Source: Octopus bimaculoides (lineage: Eukaryota). From it: a DNA stretch of 50,095 nucleotides. Under the pieces are notes generated by a model. It was given only the letters and a program-made list of their open reading frames with translations, had not been told where the DNA came from and ran no database searches. The position numbers were made by a program, and so were the translations under genes. Of the stretch, positions 13,909 through 27,102 are shown in pieces. Position 1 is the stretch's first letter. Each line of letters starts with the position of its first letter. Location: positions 12,739,938 through 12,790,032 of the forward strand of contig NC_068999.1 of the NCBI RefSeq assembly GCF_001194135.2. The letters are read 5' to 3'.

Positions 13909-15039
13909 CTGAGTACGGGAAATCAAAGACTTTCAATTATATATACATATAAATACCCACATGGGTACCCACAGCCACACGCATACCTGCATGCTCGTAC
14001 ACTCCTCGCTCACACACACTGAAATGTATGTATATATATATATATATATATATTTATCTATATATGTACTTCAAATTTACAGAAAAGCAAAAGACAACGT
14101 CAGGTGTATAAAAAAAAGGCAGATGTATTATTTTGACGCTCGGGAAAGTGGGAAAGTATGTTACTCTTCGCAGAGAAAGTCTGTTACGCTCTTTAACACA
14201 AAGGAACACGAAGAAATAAACAGAGGGAAATAATAAAAAAAATATATTTTGAGTTAGCGGACGATCACATGTATGTATGTATGTATGTATGGGTGTATGT
14301 ATGTATGTGTGTACGTATGTATTCATACAATAAGCAAATAAGTAACCACTGTCCAGGCATCAGATCATTACGGCCGTTTCAGGCGATTCCATTTAATAGA
14401 TCAATGCAAACAGTACATGAATTTGAAATGCAGCTCCTTCCTCGGATGAATAAGCCCATATAGTTTTTCAACATAGAGGATACACAATTATATTTTTTTT
14501 CTCTTAGCAATTTTTTCATCAGAACTAGAAAATAACAGAATTACATGCTTGTTGCTATTATTGTAGCAGAATGAAAATACACCATCTATAACTTGGAATG
14601 GCAGAAGAGAATAAAAATGGGTGTCTAGAGATGGTAATACAGCTACATGTATCTTTCTCCTTATCACAATCGAATTCTACATCCACTTAGAATTAAAACC
14701 GCAGGGAATTTACAATTAACTTCTTGAGCTTGTGATAAATTAATTAATGTCAAAAACACTTTCCCTACCCCTATTTTATTGTGGCTATAAATTCGCTATG
14801 ATAACATAAGGGAACATGTCTCAGAAGATGTCCAGAAGATAATGGTATATGTCCAGAAATAGGATGGGTAGGAGTGACATATATTATTCTATTGTTACCA
14901 GTTAAAAGGGGCTTCAAATAGAAAACAAAGTAGATCACAATGAGATCTAAATGAGGATTTAGTGTACAGGGGGAAAATATATATTCAAATCTAGCAAAAT
15001 GTATATATTACTATATTTTGTATAGTAAATAATAAAATT

Positions 15040-15292
15040 TTAAAATTTGCAAAAGGATTTAAGAGAAGAATGATACATAAACCAATTTAAGCTCTACAAA
15101 AATTAAAGTACGGAGATGACTTGCATAGCAAGTGACCTGATCTGAGATCGTGTGCTGGAATGAAGACAATTGCAGCGTGGAATGAACCCAATATGATAAT
15201 ATTTTGACAAATTAAATTAAAATTTTGAAGTGAATCTGACGGCTTTTGTGTGTTATTTTAAATGGCTTATAAACACCTTCCACGCTGCAAAA
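15040..15292. mobile_element. Dispersed repeat copy with an internal inversion
   Basis: ttgcagcgtggaa (~15170-15182) recurs as its reverse complement ttccacgctgcaa (~15279-15291). The spacer starts with tggaatgaacccaatatgat, also present at ~12817-12836. Confidence 0.5.
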
Positions 15293-16499
15293 ATAAAGTA
15301 CTTTTATATAAAATAGAAACCTTATGATGCCTCATCCTAGAAAATAGTTAAATTGGTCCTGATAAAACCATTCAACAATGAAACCATAATTAAATTTAGA
15401 TTTCATCCGAGAAAGATGTACACATTATATATATATATATATNNNNNNNNNNNNNNNNNNNNNNNNNNNNNNNNNNNNNNNNNNNNNNNNNNNNNNNNNN
15501 NNNNNNNNNNNNNNNNNNNNNNNNNNNNNNNNNNNNNNNNNNNNNNNNNNNNNNNNNNNNNNNNNNNNNNNNNNNNNNNNNNNNNNNNNNNNNNNNNNNN
15601 NNNNNNNNNNNNNNNNNNNNNNNNNNNNNNNNNNNNAATATATACATACACACACACACACATATATTAACATCGTAGCTCTGTCAGAGTAAATTTGGCA
15701 AATGTGATAAAACGGAAACTAAAGTCATGTGTTGTTACGAATTCTCAAATCAGAATATCTTTTACTATATTGGTTAGAATTTGTCCAGTGGAGGATTCTT
15801 TTGATCAAGTAGCTGATGTCACTTGAGATGAGAAATTTCATGTGAATTCATTTTGCATTGAACAGTCAATATCACGGCAAATTCACTAACAGCTTGAAAT
15901 GTAAGCAGACAGACGCAGACACGGATGCATATGTACAAATCCCTCCATAAGTTCCTGTGCATAAGAATGTATATATGTATATTCATACATACAGCTACAC
16001 ATACATAAATAGACATACCAACTTGTTAAGTATTTGAATATGATAACTCGAAACCTGCTGAGTTTTCTGCTAATTAGTATCAGCTTTCAAACGAATGTAT
16101 TCCTGTGTTTTCCTGTGTAGTATGATGTGTCGTATTTCGAAAGCTGTGCAACGTTGTTTTACGCCGTGTCAGTACCGAGAGATCCAAATATAGTCCCAGT
16201 AACACTTACGACAGTATCATCCTCTAATTTTAAAGGTATCTCCTAATACAATACGGTTACTTGATTTAATAAGAGAGTAATTTAGTGGTCACTATTTCAC
16301 GTAAGATAATTGGTGTACTAACTTAGAGTAAAATTGGTCTGGCCCATTACAGCACTAAATTATATGCTTGTGGCTTCTGTTAAAATTGGTTTACAACGAC
16401 AATGCTAATATGGCGAACTTGTATTTAATTGTTTCATTTTAGTAAGAGCAATATTACACATGTCTGTTACACTAATGAATCATAAGTTGAAGACTACCA

Positions 16500-16640
16500 C
16501 GTCTTAATCATGCAAGATTAGCGGAGTACAGTCGTCCGAATTTTTGTACCATTGTCCAGTTTGGCCAATATATACTTGCCCTAGACGCACAGGAACAGTA
16601 TTTTTCATGGTGACAGCTCTTTAACTCGTCAATGTCAACC
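16500..16640 (-). mobile_element. Penelope-like GIY-YIG endonuclease fragment
   Basis: Minus strand reads KYCSCASR / QVYIGQTGQ (one frameshift), matching the CxCGxxYIGQTG motif. Confidence 0.45.
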
Positions 16641-17821
16641 ATAAATACATGCTAGAGAGTAACATATCGCTCTGCCTACTTTAATTGTGCAATATTAATT
16701 AATTCTTAAGCTTTCCGTATTTACATATTGATTACATAATAAATAAAATAACTTGTTTAATTAAGTATTCCACTGCTTAGAGCACATTGTTTTGTGGTGC
16801 AAAGTCAAATGCTACACAATCATTTAGAATTTTGTTTTTTAAATGATATTTAGTGAAACTATTCATGCTATGTACTGTCACCGTTAGTCTGATCCATATT
16901 GAAAAAGAAAGAAAACAAACGCTTTCTAATCTCTTTCCTTTAGGTAAAATAAAAATGTCTACTTGTTAATATTCATGTGTATGATTTTAGTAATTTTGAT
17001 GATATGTGTCAAATATTACAAGCCAAATTAATGTGCCAAAAGCATAAAATGATCTTCGATTGTAAATTATGTAACTGTCGATTCGTGATAACAAATTGAG
17101 AATTGTGGCGATGATGAAAACTAAAGATGAAGTTCCTTTGACTGCATTGACTTATTTCCTAGTATACTTTCAGTCTATTGCCGCTGAATTTAACTTGACT
17201 GATATATTTCCGATTTAATTGTAAAACAATTGGTAACTTCAGTTTTATTTAAACATGAGTTGTATTATTATTATGAGAGGCATATGTGAGGCTTACACTG
17301 GGAATGCAGTATACAATCTGTAAACTCTATGGGCACTCTCCGATATTTAGTTTACTAGAAGTGTCGAGCACATCGATAATATGTTGTGGATACACACGAA
17401 GAAGCACCTGGAATATATGGTTAGGTGAATAGCTTCATATTAAATTTAATGAAATTCCTAAATATAGTAGTATTTAATGAAGTGGGGGGGCTTCATCATA
17501 AACGAATCGCAGAATCATCCCAGTGATAGTTACAAATATTTCAAATTTCAGTTCAAATGCCAAAGATTTCCAAATGCTATAAGTTCATCATTGCAGGGAT
17601 AATAAAACATGCGGATGCCAAATTCGTGATGTATTCCTTCGGAATTCTGGAGTCACTGATATCAACAGCCTACACAAAAAAACTAAAAAGGCCGATACAT
17701 AGTTTCGTTGCTTCGACTAGAAGTTCGAACACCGTCACAACCATTATATAATTATTTATATTTTATTTTGCTTCATATTACTGTGTATATTAGTGCAAGG
17801 AGCAGCCTGAATTATTATCAT

Positions 17822-17990
17822 GCCGGAAAAAATGCTTGGCAACTTTTCACCTGTCTTCATGTTTGAGTTTAAATTTCGGGAGGTCGAGTTTGCTTTTCAT
17901 CTTTTCAGGGTTGAGAAAATAAGTACCAGTTCAACACAAGCGTCAGTTTAATCAATATTCCTTCTCCCAGAAAAGCGACAAAACTTTGAA
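17822..17990 (+). mobile_element. SINE family A, diverged
   Basis: gccggaaaaaatgcttggc...gagtttaaatttcgggaggtcgagtttgcttttcatc...aaataagtaccagtt matches the other family A copies. Confidence 0.75.
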
Positions 17991-19453
17991 TTCAGTATGA
18001 CCGTATGTTTGTTTATTATTCACACAGCCTCTCACAGTTCAATATAGCTAAACAATCTGCGAAACAGAACAACGACAGAAGTATGTTGCTATTATAGACT
18101 GATTATTGTCGATTCAAACAAATTAAAAACGCCTTCTGGAAATCGCCTCTTCACTACCACCGTTCTATTGATGAAATAACTTATAATATCGCAACAATAG
18201 TTACAAATGTATTAGAAGGAAAAAACAAAATTGAAGTATAAGGATGTGGACTTGTATTCATGTCTGAAATATGAACATTACAAAAGTTATGTTCTTACTC
18301 TTATGTTCACCCGAATCATCATTATAAGGGGATATTTTAAGTTTGTTTTATTCTCATTGTACCTGAGTCGTAATTTGATTTCGATCTCTGCTACATCATG
18401 AAAAATAGAGCGAATGCTAGCTATCGTTTTAATCGTTTCGTTATTTTATTGATGTCCACAAAAGTGAAAATAGAAAGCTTTTAATAATTTATTTTATTTC
18501 AGGCAGTAACTATCAAGAGCGAGACAGTGAAATACATTGAGTAATAATACTCCATCATATGTTCAAGCGCACTTGTATTCAGATCTATGATAGCATAGAA
18601 AACAAAATCAACTTATATTTCTTGCATACAAAATTATAATCTCCCAATGGTTTTAGGGGCAGATCATGACACGACATAAAAGCACAGAAGAATAGAACAA
18701 CAAAAGAAAATTCTATATCCAAAATCTGCAACGAAAAGATGATAAACAATTGTCATTGAAACACGTTAAGAAGATTTTATTCATAGTTTCCTGAAATACT
18801 TGGAAACTAAACCTGATACACGAAATATTCTGGTAACTACGTCAAGGAAAAAATAACTGAAGAAACATCATAAAACGTGATATTCATGCAGATATGATTA
18901 AAGAAAGATCACGAAAAAGGTATAGTAAAGAAGTAAAATAAATTTGAGTTTCGTTTTCTAATCCACATTAACTTCCAAGTTTCTGTCAAGATATTAACGA
19001 TTTGTGATCACATTAAACAACAAGAGAATAACACCACACACACGGATTCAGATCGCTGAAATACGAATATAATTCTGTTTTCGGTTATAAATATATGAAA
19101 TAAACCCCTATACAACTGTCCGTTAAATGTATAGCTTGTGTCTCGCACACACAATTTTATTGTCGCTGCCATGTGTAATTAGATGTTACTTATGCTTCCC
19201 TCTCGTTTCACATTCCGCTCAAATCACGTATCCATATATAAATACCCGTACGAATTTCCACACAAGTACATAGTGTATATGTGTATCTGTCTTTCCGTGT
19301 GCATATGGGGGTATTTTGTGTGCATGAAAGGTGATTTCATCGTGTATACAATAGAACATAAATGTTAAGTCAATACTTCAAATTGGCAACAGTCACAGTG
19401 AGTCTTTTATATTTTCAATTGCAAAATGAGATGTCTTATACATTTAACGTGTG

Positions 19454-19523
<70 letters not shown>

Positions 19524-19572
19524 GCTGCTGCTACTACTACTACTACTACTACTACTACTATCATCATCATCA
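19454..19572 (+). repeat. Compound trinucleotide microsatellite (ACT)n(GCT)n(ACT)n(CAT)n
   Basis: Seen directly in the sequence. Confidence 0.95.
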
Positions 19573-21614
19573 TAATCTTAATCAGGAAACAATAACTGGT
19601 TCACTTCACTGTAACTCATTGTTTCATGCACAAAAGTTTTATCTGCAATCACTTTAGTCAATATCCGACAATATTAAACTACATCTACAATACACATGAT
19701 AGGTAAATTGATAAATATATGCGCAAAACAGAGATACATAAAACATGCAGACAGAGACACGTTGTTGAAAGACTCACACTAACAAATACACATAGACACA
19801 TGTGTATTCATATATATATATATTTGTGTGAACATAATAACACACGTTTTTGCATATACTAGTATTTATATACGCATGATGCAAACACAGTCATAGATAT
19901 TTACAGGTATAAATACTGAATATGATAAAAGATTTCTCGTATCGTAGGAAGACTTAATCACATATACAGAAAATTATTAGCAACTGTAAAACGAAATATT
20001 TGTCGGAATAATTTCCATACGTAATGCATAAAATATAACATTATTATAGAAGAAACTACAACTGATAAAATTCATGAAAATATAATGTGCCTCAGTATAA
20101 TATATTAGGTGTCTGGAGGTGCAGAGATGATGGTGGAGAAATATTAAATGGTTTGATTAGGTAGATTTCTTTCTGATCTATATTGTGATTCAAAATCTTG
20201 CCAAGTTTTAACTTGTGGCGACCAGAAAGACAAATGAAGGATAGAATAGTTCTAATTTTATGTTAATATCCCCCAGAATGTGCAGTCTTTCTGGTCATAT
20301 ATATGTTAGACACGAAACTAGAAGCCAATGATATATCCCTTAATAAATCTCATTAACTTATTAGTATTGAAGACAAAAAAACATGGTTTTATACGGCGTA
20401 TTGATCTAAAACAAATATAACTAAAGTTTCATTCAAATGCCATATAATGAATATTACATATAGAGCCAAATTAGAGTATGTTCATACAAAATACCATAAG
20501 ATCAAAAAGAATAGCGTTTATATATACAATATTTCTTTCTTAAAGTACTTGAACCAACGTCGTTGACCATGTGCTAAACAGCACAGGAAACCACTACGAG
20601 TATTTATCTGTGTGTATTGTTCTTTCTCTTATAAGTTACACTATATCAGATCATGTGAAAACAAGGAAAATATTTACAAGTAAAATTCAGATGCCGATCC
20701 TGCCAATGATATATTTGATCTGCAATAGATAACATCTCATCTTCCTTTACTCTAGTCGCATCACATCCAACTGTATTGAGAGAAGTCACGATGCAGGATT
20801 TTAAAATACCACGTGCTTATGTGGCATATGTGTACAATATGTCTTTTTAATGATTCTTCGTTAACTTAGAATTGCTTCTGTAGAAATTAGTTTTATGTTT
20901 AATTAGCAAATGCAGCGTAGCTCCTGGTATTTAAATGTGCAAGTTGTCAGTTACCGTTCTTAATTAATGAATAACGAGGAAGGTTTTAGTTTCAGGGTTA
21001 TAAGCTAACCTTAGTGAAAGATAACAGAAACAATAATGCATAAAAAGAAAACCCAAATGGATTTGATTATTCTGCAATGTCAGTATAAGCTTTAACGAAG
21101 GAAAGTTCATGAAATACGAAGTCAAGCGAAATATTATTTCTTCACACATTCGTATTTCAACCATTTAGAAATAGACACAGACACAGATAGACAGACACAC
21201 AAACACACGCACAGACAAAAAACACACACACGCAAGCACCACCCCCACCCACACATATATAACACCACATTGCAAATATCAGAATTTTCTTCGCAGATTC
21301 TAGCCGATATGTAAAAAGAGGAGACGATTTCTGTAATAAGTGACACCACAACGTACTCTTTCAGGTCCAGACGTATGATTAACCAAGCACAATATCAAAG
21401 TACACCGTTTCTTATTCTTGCAAACAGATAATATTCAAAGAAAAAAATAAACGAACAAATTTATAAGACAACACGTTATATAGACACACACACAAACATG
21501 CACGCATACCCTCACTGTGAAAGTTTATTTAATTTATATTTCTAGTAAATTGATTTTAATTGAGTATTTTTACCCGTAATTTCGGATTTTATCCCTAATA
21601 TTATTATTACTATG

Positions 21615-21669
<55 letters not shown>

Positions 21670-21748
21670 CATATATGTGTGTGTGTGCGTATATATATAT
21701 ATATATATATATATANNNNNNNNNNNNNNNNNNNNNNNNNNNNATATA

Positions 21749-21805
<57 letters not shown>

Positions 21806-22551
21806 CTCTTGGATTTTTATGTTCAGTTATAAGACCAAAACTTTTACGTTAATTTCATGGTTTACTCTATACACTTGTAGAGTACTAACATATCATTCTT
21901 AAACTACAATGTTGCTGAAAGTGACTTCGTAGTTTTGTTAGCTAAGGTATCTTCGGACTGCGATGAATTAGATTTAGTCTTGCGTTTATAGACTCTCTGT
22001 AGAGTCAAAATCATCTGTTGGGGTGTGGGGATTTTTTTATGCTATTACGAGAAAGCGTTTGCAAAAAAAAATATTGAATAATTTTGCGGTTATGTTTGGT
22101 ATTCTTCAGAATTTATACTTCCATGTAGAATTTAGGAAGTCTGTCTGTAGGTTTTTCTCCTGCCTTAGGTATGGAAAAGTTATACCAGTACTGTAATCCT
22201 TTTGGTATTATTGGATTTAATTATTTTATTTTGACAAGTCAAAGGTACACAAAGTTCAGTATTTAAACCGATAGTAATTGGGTGTGACAACATCATTTAT
22301 TTTCCTTAAATAATGTGGACAGGTATTTCGTTTTGGTGCCCATTTCTTTACTTGTCGTTCTCAGGGGTATTTTATGTTTTTATTTCTAACTTTGAGGTCA
22401 TTAGTCATAGATACCGTGGAATCATAGAATTTCGCTAAAAGCAACTTCTCATCTTTTGAGGAATGGCAAGGAGTCAAATCCTGCTGCTACACATAAAAGC
22501 TTCCAGCAGCATTCCACGCCAGCACATTATTGAACACAGTCTCTAGCCGCT

Positions 22552-22894
22552 TTATATAACCATCTCAACTGGGCCTAAGCTCTTGTTTAAAGCGTTCGGG
22601 AAAAACATCGGCGTGCAAATGCAATCAGAACAACTACTATGTTCCAGCCAGCGGACACGGGTTTGTGCTTTCCGTCGCAGCTGTCTATACCAATTCTCAC
22701 TTCGTTTAAAGTTTTCACAGGACAATGAGAAGTAGTCATCATATCGGATTCTTGAAACATGGCATACGTCATAACTGTTTTCATTATAAAATGGGTAACC
22801 CCACCTTCATATCAACGGAATAGTTTCTCAAATAAATCTTCAGTATTTATAATATCTACAGCCTTTGTCTCTTCACCAGAATATCGAGGTCTTC
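22552..22894 (-). pseudogene. Candidate terminal exon of an unidentified, disrupted gene
   Basis: Strong acceptor tgtctcctattttcag|GA at 22895/22894. Phase-1 frame RPRYSGEETKAVDIINTEDLFEKLFR* (stop 22812-22814). A second frame, 22806-22552, is open for 84 aa (RWGYPFYNENSYDVCH...HSSCSDCICTPMFFP...). Confidence 0.4.
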
Positions 22895-22943
22895 CTGAAA
22901 ATAGGAGACATAAAAAATCTTCAAATTGATGTCGAACACCATG

Positions 22944-22984
22944 TACACACACACACACACACACACACATACGCACACCACACG

Positions 22985-23033
<49 letters not shown>

Positions 23034-23105
23034 AGGCACAGACACACAGAGACACACGGTGAGATATACAGACACGCACAGACACACATATATATACACA
23101 CACAT
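22944..23105 (+). repeat. (CA)n(CT)n(CA)n microsatellite inside the candidate intron 22895-23150
   Basis: Seen directly. It lies between donor AG|GTATAT and acceptor TTTTCAG| on the minus strand. Confidence 0.9.
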
Positions 23106-23150
23106 GAATTTGAGGCAATGATAATGTCGCGAGCACTATCGATCATATAC

Positions 23151-23330
23151 CTAATATATGCACTACGTTTGTTCGGCGGTATGCTGCGAATTAATGTCGT
23201 TGGGAATGCCTTCTTCAAAGTGATACGTGGTAAATATCTCAAAAACATACAGTTGAGAAACCTCGCTTCAAATCCCATTCAAGAGCGATGCATATCAATG
23301 TTTCGCCATTTCTTTGGATTCTCAACTGAA
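23151..23330 (-). pseudogene. Candidate internal exon with frameshifts
   Basis: Acceptor cctttccgttcctgtccaattcag| at 23331 and donor TTAG|gtatat at 23150. Frames patch to SVENPKKWRNIDMHRS / LEWDLKRGF / QLYVFEIFTTYHFEEGIPNDI / FAAYRRTNVVHILG. The phase-1 end joins RPRY. Confidence 0.35.
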
Positions 23331-23460
23331 CTGAATTGGACAGGAACGGAAAGGCCAGCCAATTTGACACATTTTAAATGCTAAAGGCAAACCAACTGCA
23401 ATTAAATTGGAAAAAGATATGCTCCCGTCCGGTAAGGAAGTGTAAAACTATTATAAATAC

Positions 23461-23633
23461 CCAACAGTTTCTAGCACTTGAGCTTTCGTGAATGGGAAAT
23501 ACCGATGTGAGATAACATTGGGAAGATTGAAAACCGTAGCTTCAACTAAATCATAGCGAATATTAATCGATTGAGATGTGCAACTGAGCAGCCTGATGAA
23601 GATAAATATAGCCGTTTTAGGGTTAAGAAGAGA
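23461..23633 (-). CDS. Candidate internal exon, open frame, product unidentified
   Basis: Branch-like ctaac plus tttcgtttattctcag| acceptor. 173-nt open frame SLLNPKTAIFIFIRLL...KAQVLETVG. Donor TGG|gtattt is phase 2, compatible with the acceptor at 23331. Confidence 0.35.
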
Positions 23634-24085
23634 CTGAGAATAAACGAAATTTAGGTTAGTTAAAATGTGATGCTGTTGTCAGAGAAGCAATCATATGAAT
23701 CCTGCCACTAACATTTATCTCAGGAAATATATCATGCTTTATTTTATTTATAAACACTAGACAACATATACAGATCATTGGAAAGAATGTGTGCTCAGAA
23801 TTTAAAAATCGAGGATGTATAGTGCGAAGGCTCTATATTTATGGTGGTGACGCTTCTCTAAAAAGCGATGCACTTAGAATCTACAGTTTATTAAAAGACA
23901 TTATATATAAAATGTTCAACCGATTTCGTCTGAACTTCAGTGGAAATTTTACTACAGCTATGTTTTTTTTTTCTGACAATACAAATTTATTGGCCAAGTG
24001 TGATACAAAGAAGATACGAAGGGGAACGCCTAACATATATATATTATTATTAAATAACATCTATAGATATACGTAAAATAAAACA

Positions 24086-24503
24086 GGCGCCTTAAGAAAT
24101 GCACTTTCATTGTTTTTGAAAACATTAATTATAAGTAATTGAATTAAAGTATTAATTAAAAGTATTATTTTGGAATATTGCTTAAACAGCAACACTATTT
24201 CATGACTTCGATCTAAAGGGTTTCTTTTTTTTCTTTTACTTGGTTCAGTCATTTGACTGCGGCTATGGTTGAGAAGAAGGTTTTGTGATAATACTACGAC
24301 GAGAATGAGAGGTGATATGAATAGAGTGAGCTTGAAGTAGCCGTTTTCGCACTTGTCGTTCAAGAAGCTTCTTTTAACCGACAGAATATAACGATAAACG
24401 TTTTCTTCAAACATAATTTCATATTTCAAAACAGATTCCCACAGTGGGTATTCATAAATAAACCAGGCTCGCTTTATCTGCTGATGATCGGAATCAAGCA
24501 ACT
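24086..24503 (-). pseudogene. Exon-like ORF, interrupted by a SINE tail
   Basis: Acceptor ttcttattcag|AG in phase 1. Open frame LLDSDHQQIKRAWFIYEYPLW...KLTLFISPLILVVVL...EIVLLFKQYSKIILLINTL. Paralog at 13562-13908. Confidence 0.4.
24232..24290 (-). mobile_element. SINE family B 3' tail fragment
   Basis: tcttttacttggttcagtcatttgactgcggctatg is the reverse complement of the tail seen at 11270-11310. Confidence 0.75.
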
Positions 24504-25353
24504 CTGAATAAGAATTGTTCAGTTGTACAGTATTAAAGAATGACCTACTTCTTTATTGAGTCCTATAATCTATCACTTTTGGTGTATCACACTGAAACTC
24601 ACATACTCACCCACGCATGTGCACAATCAAGTACACACACATGCACAAATACACACAAACACTATCATATATACACACATATTATGTATCATATTTTGGT
24701 ATAATGTAAACATTCAACATAAGTATCGCAGCATACTTCTAGTCATTTATGTATACTCACTCTCGCACTCATGCAATCGTTACGTGCACGTATTTTAACA
24801 TACACATATCATCAATTTTACCGGAAGGCCTGTACGCAGACGCAATTATAAATGTCTACAACTGTATAGGGAAGCTACTATTATCTGCTCATATATGTTT
24901 CGAAGTGCATTTGTCTATTATATACGTGCAAAAACATTTTAAATTAGCATTCTATTATGACTTACAAACATACAATATAAAGAAAATTGTTTATATTGAA
25001 TTATTGAAATGTCATCGCCAGTTATATAAATATTTAGATTTTACTCATAAGAATACGGCCCATTGTCGCCCGAAGTAGTGAATTATTGCTTTTACTTACT
25101 TGAAATTTTAGTTAATAATACTTAGATAAATTAATGTCTGGAAAAACAACTATAACTAACATGTTTCCAATATTAGGAAAATAGAAAGTTTATGCAATGA
25201 TTGCCTATTATTAAATTTTAGTTGAACTAGAATAATAGTAAATGTTGCAAATAGTCTCACAGTGTTTGAAAATTGGAAACCATTTTCAAATAAACGGACA
25301 TTCATTTTTAAATAACATAAAATGTCTCCTCCGCTTACTACTAAACAGATTTT

Positions 25354-25918
25354 GCTGGCAGAAACGTTAGCACGCCAGGCGAAATGCTTAGCGGTATTTT
25401 GTCTGTCTTTACGTTCTGAGTTCAAATTCCGCCGAAATCGACTTTGCCTTTCATACTTTCGGGGTCGATAAATTAAGTACCAGTCGCGTACTGCGGTGGA
25501 TCTAATTGACTGCCCCCCCCCCCCCNNNNNNNNNNNNNNNNNNNNNNNNNNNNNNNNNNNNNNNNNNNNNNNNNNNNNNNNNNNNNNNNNNNNNNNNNNN
25601 NNNNNNNNNNNNNNNNNNNNNNNNNNNNNNNNNNNNNNNNNNNNNNNNNNNNNNNNNNNNNNNNNNNNNNNNNNNNNNNNNNNNNNNNNNNNNNNNNNNN
25701 NNNNNNNNNNNNNNNNNNNNNNNNNNNNNNNNNNNNNNNNNNNNNNNNNNNNNNNNNNNNNNNNNNNNNNNNNNNNNNNNNNNNNNNNNNNNNNNNNNNN
25801 NNNNNNNNNNNNNNNNNNNNNNNNNNNNNNNNNNNNNNNNNNNNNNNNNNNNNNNNNNNNNNNNNNNNNNNNNNNNNNNNNNNAACCCAAAATTTCGGCC
25901 CTCATGCCTATAGCAGAA
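25354..25918 (+). mobile_element. SINE family A, low-divergence copy spanning an N-gap
   Basis: gctggcagaaacgttagcacgccaggcgaaatgcttagcgg...gatctaattgactgccccc, then Ns, then aacccaaaatttcggccctcatgcctatagcagaa (family tail). Confidence 0.85.
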
Positions 25919-27020
25919 CAGAGTATGAACTTGTTTCAAATTAACTGGAATAACTGTCATTCGTTTCGAAAGGACAATACTATGCTAGTTTAATGGACCG
26001 CTTCTGCTGCAATCGTAAACTTTACAAAAACTGACGATGACACTTCCATCTCAGAATATAGAACACTGATACGAACGGTAACCAATTGTACTATGCGTTA
26101 AACCCTACTATCTTTTAAAGTTATGATAGAACATTAGAGCCACCACACCAGAGAAAAGGACAGAATGTTAATATCTGGGACTCATTTTAACGTTGCTCCC
26201 ATCAATTATTTTCAAACCGCAATTGGATAAGTATAACATCAAAATATTTATTCATTTTTATCAGTCGATACCAATACAAATATGTTACGAAGCGCAATCA
26301 GTTGTTTTCCTCGAAATATCTAGCAAAATTGACAAATGTTATTTGGTATTGCCATTGGAATTGAAAATATGTAAACATATGAATAATAGTTGATAGTAAA
26401 ACCGATCTGAAACAAAGAGCTTCATCCCATTTTGCTTGTGTGTTCTTTTGGGTCTTTAAGTAAAATATTAAAACAAAATAGCAATTGGTGGATTAATCCT
26501 CTGTACCGGAGTGGGAATAGTTGGATAAATAAAAAAAAAGACAAAACAAAATAATAGTGGAATGGGTCAATTGGCATTATTATGAGAAGGGTCGAAGATA
26601 CAGTAAGGTTTTATATTAAACATAATAATTTAGAACGTATGTGTATGTAGTACTAATTAATAGTATTAATTATAATAAAGTGCTAATCAGTTAAATGGAA
26701 TTTATTTATTTACTAGCCGGTACTTTAAGTCCTTCAACCTATTGTCCGAAGTGAGATAGGCCAAGACCCAACATTCGATGTAAAAATAAAAGACCATCTA
26801 TTGAGAAAATTACACGGGGTAAGATAAGTAAATGAATGAATAGAAAGTTGGTGTATCTTGTAAGGGGTCTTCGAACGCTTAGTGTAGTAACACGTTATTT
26901 AATAACATCATGGTGTAAATGCTAGGAGGACCACCTATTCGGACACTTACGAAGTAAGACGGCTAGGGTTCGAACATTTCCAACAGTTTCATAAATATGA
27001 ATGCGAAAGTAGCAAGAGCA

Positions 27021-27053
27021 ATGTATGTGTGTGTATGTATGTGTCTGTATATG

Positions 27054-27102
<49 letters not shown>

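Noticed and set aside
12497-18539. Isolated plus-strand acceptor/donor pairs (~12497, ~15866-15900, ~18503)
   Set aside because: Short, without consistent open frames or recognisable product; expected by chance in AT-rich DNA.
22812-22894. GRPRY reminiscent of NPY/NPF neuropeptide C-terminus (GRPRFamide)
   Set aside because: No amidation or cleavage signal (G-K/R-R) follows; it reads RPRYSGEE. The upstream sequence also lacks the NPF pattern.
22806-22894. Frame with several in-frame TGA codons suggesting a NUMT or selenoprotein
   Set aside because: The TGAs are off-frame products of xxT-GAx codon pairs in the other frame, and there is no mitochondrial protein similarity.
24240-24503. Clean 264-nt phase 1-1 exon splicing directly to 22894
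   Set aside because: The donor CAA|GTAAAA is weak and lies inside a SINE tail. Homology to the 13.6-kb paralog continues past it.
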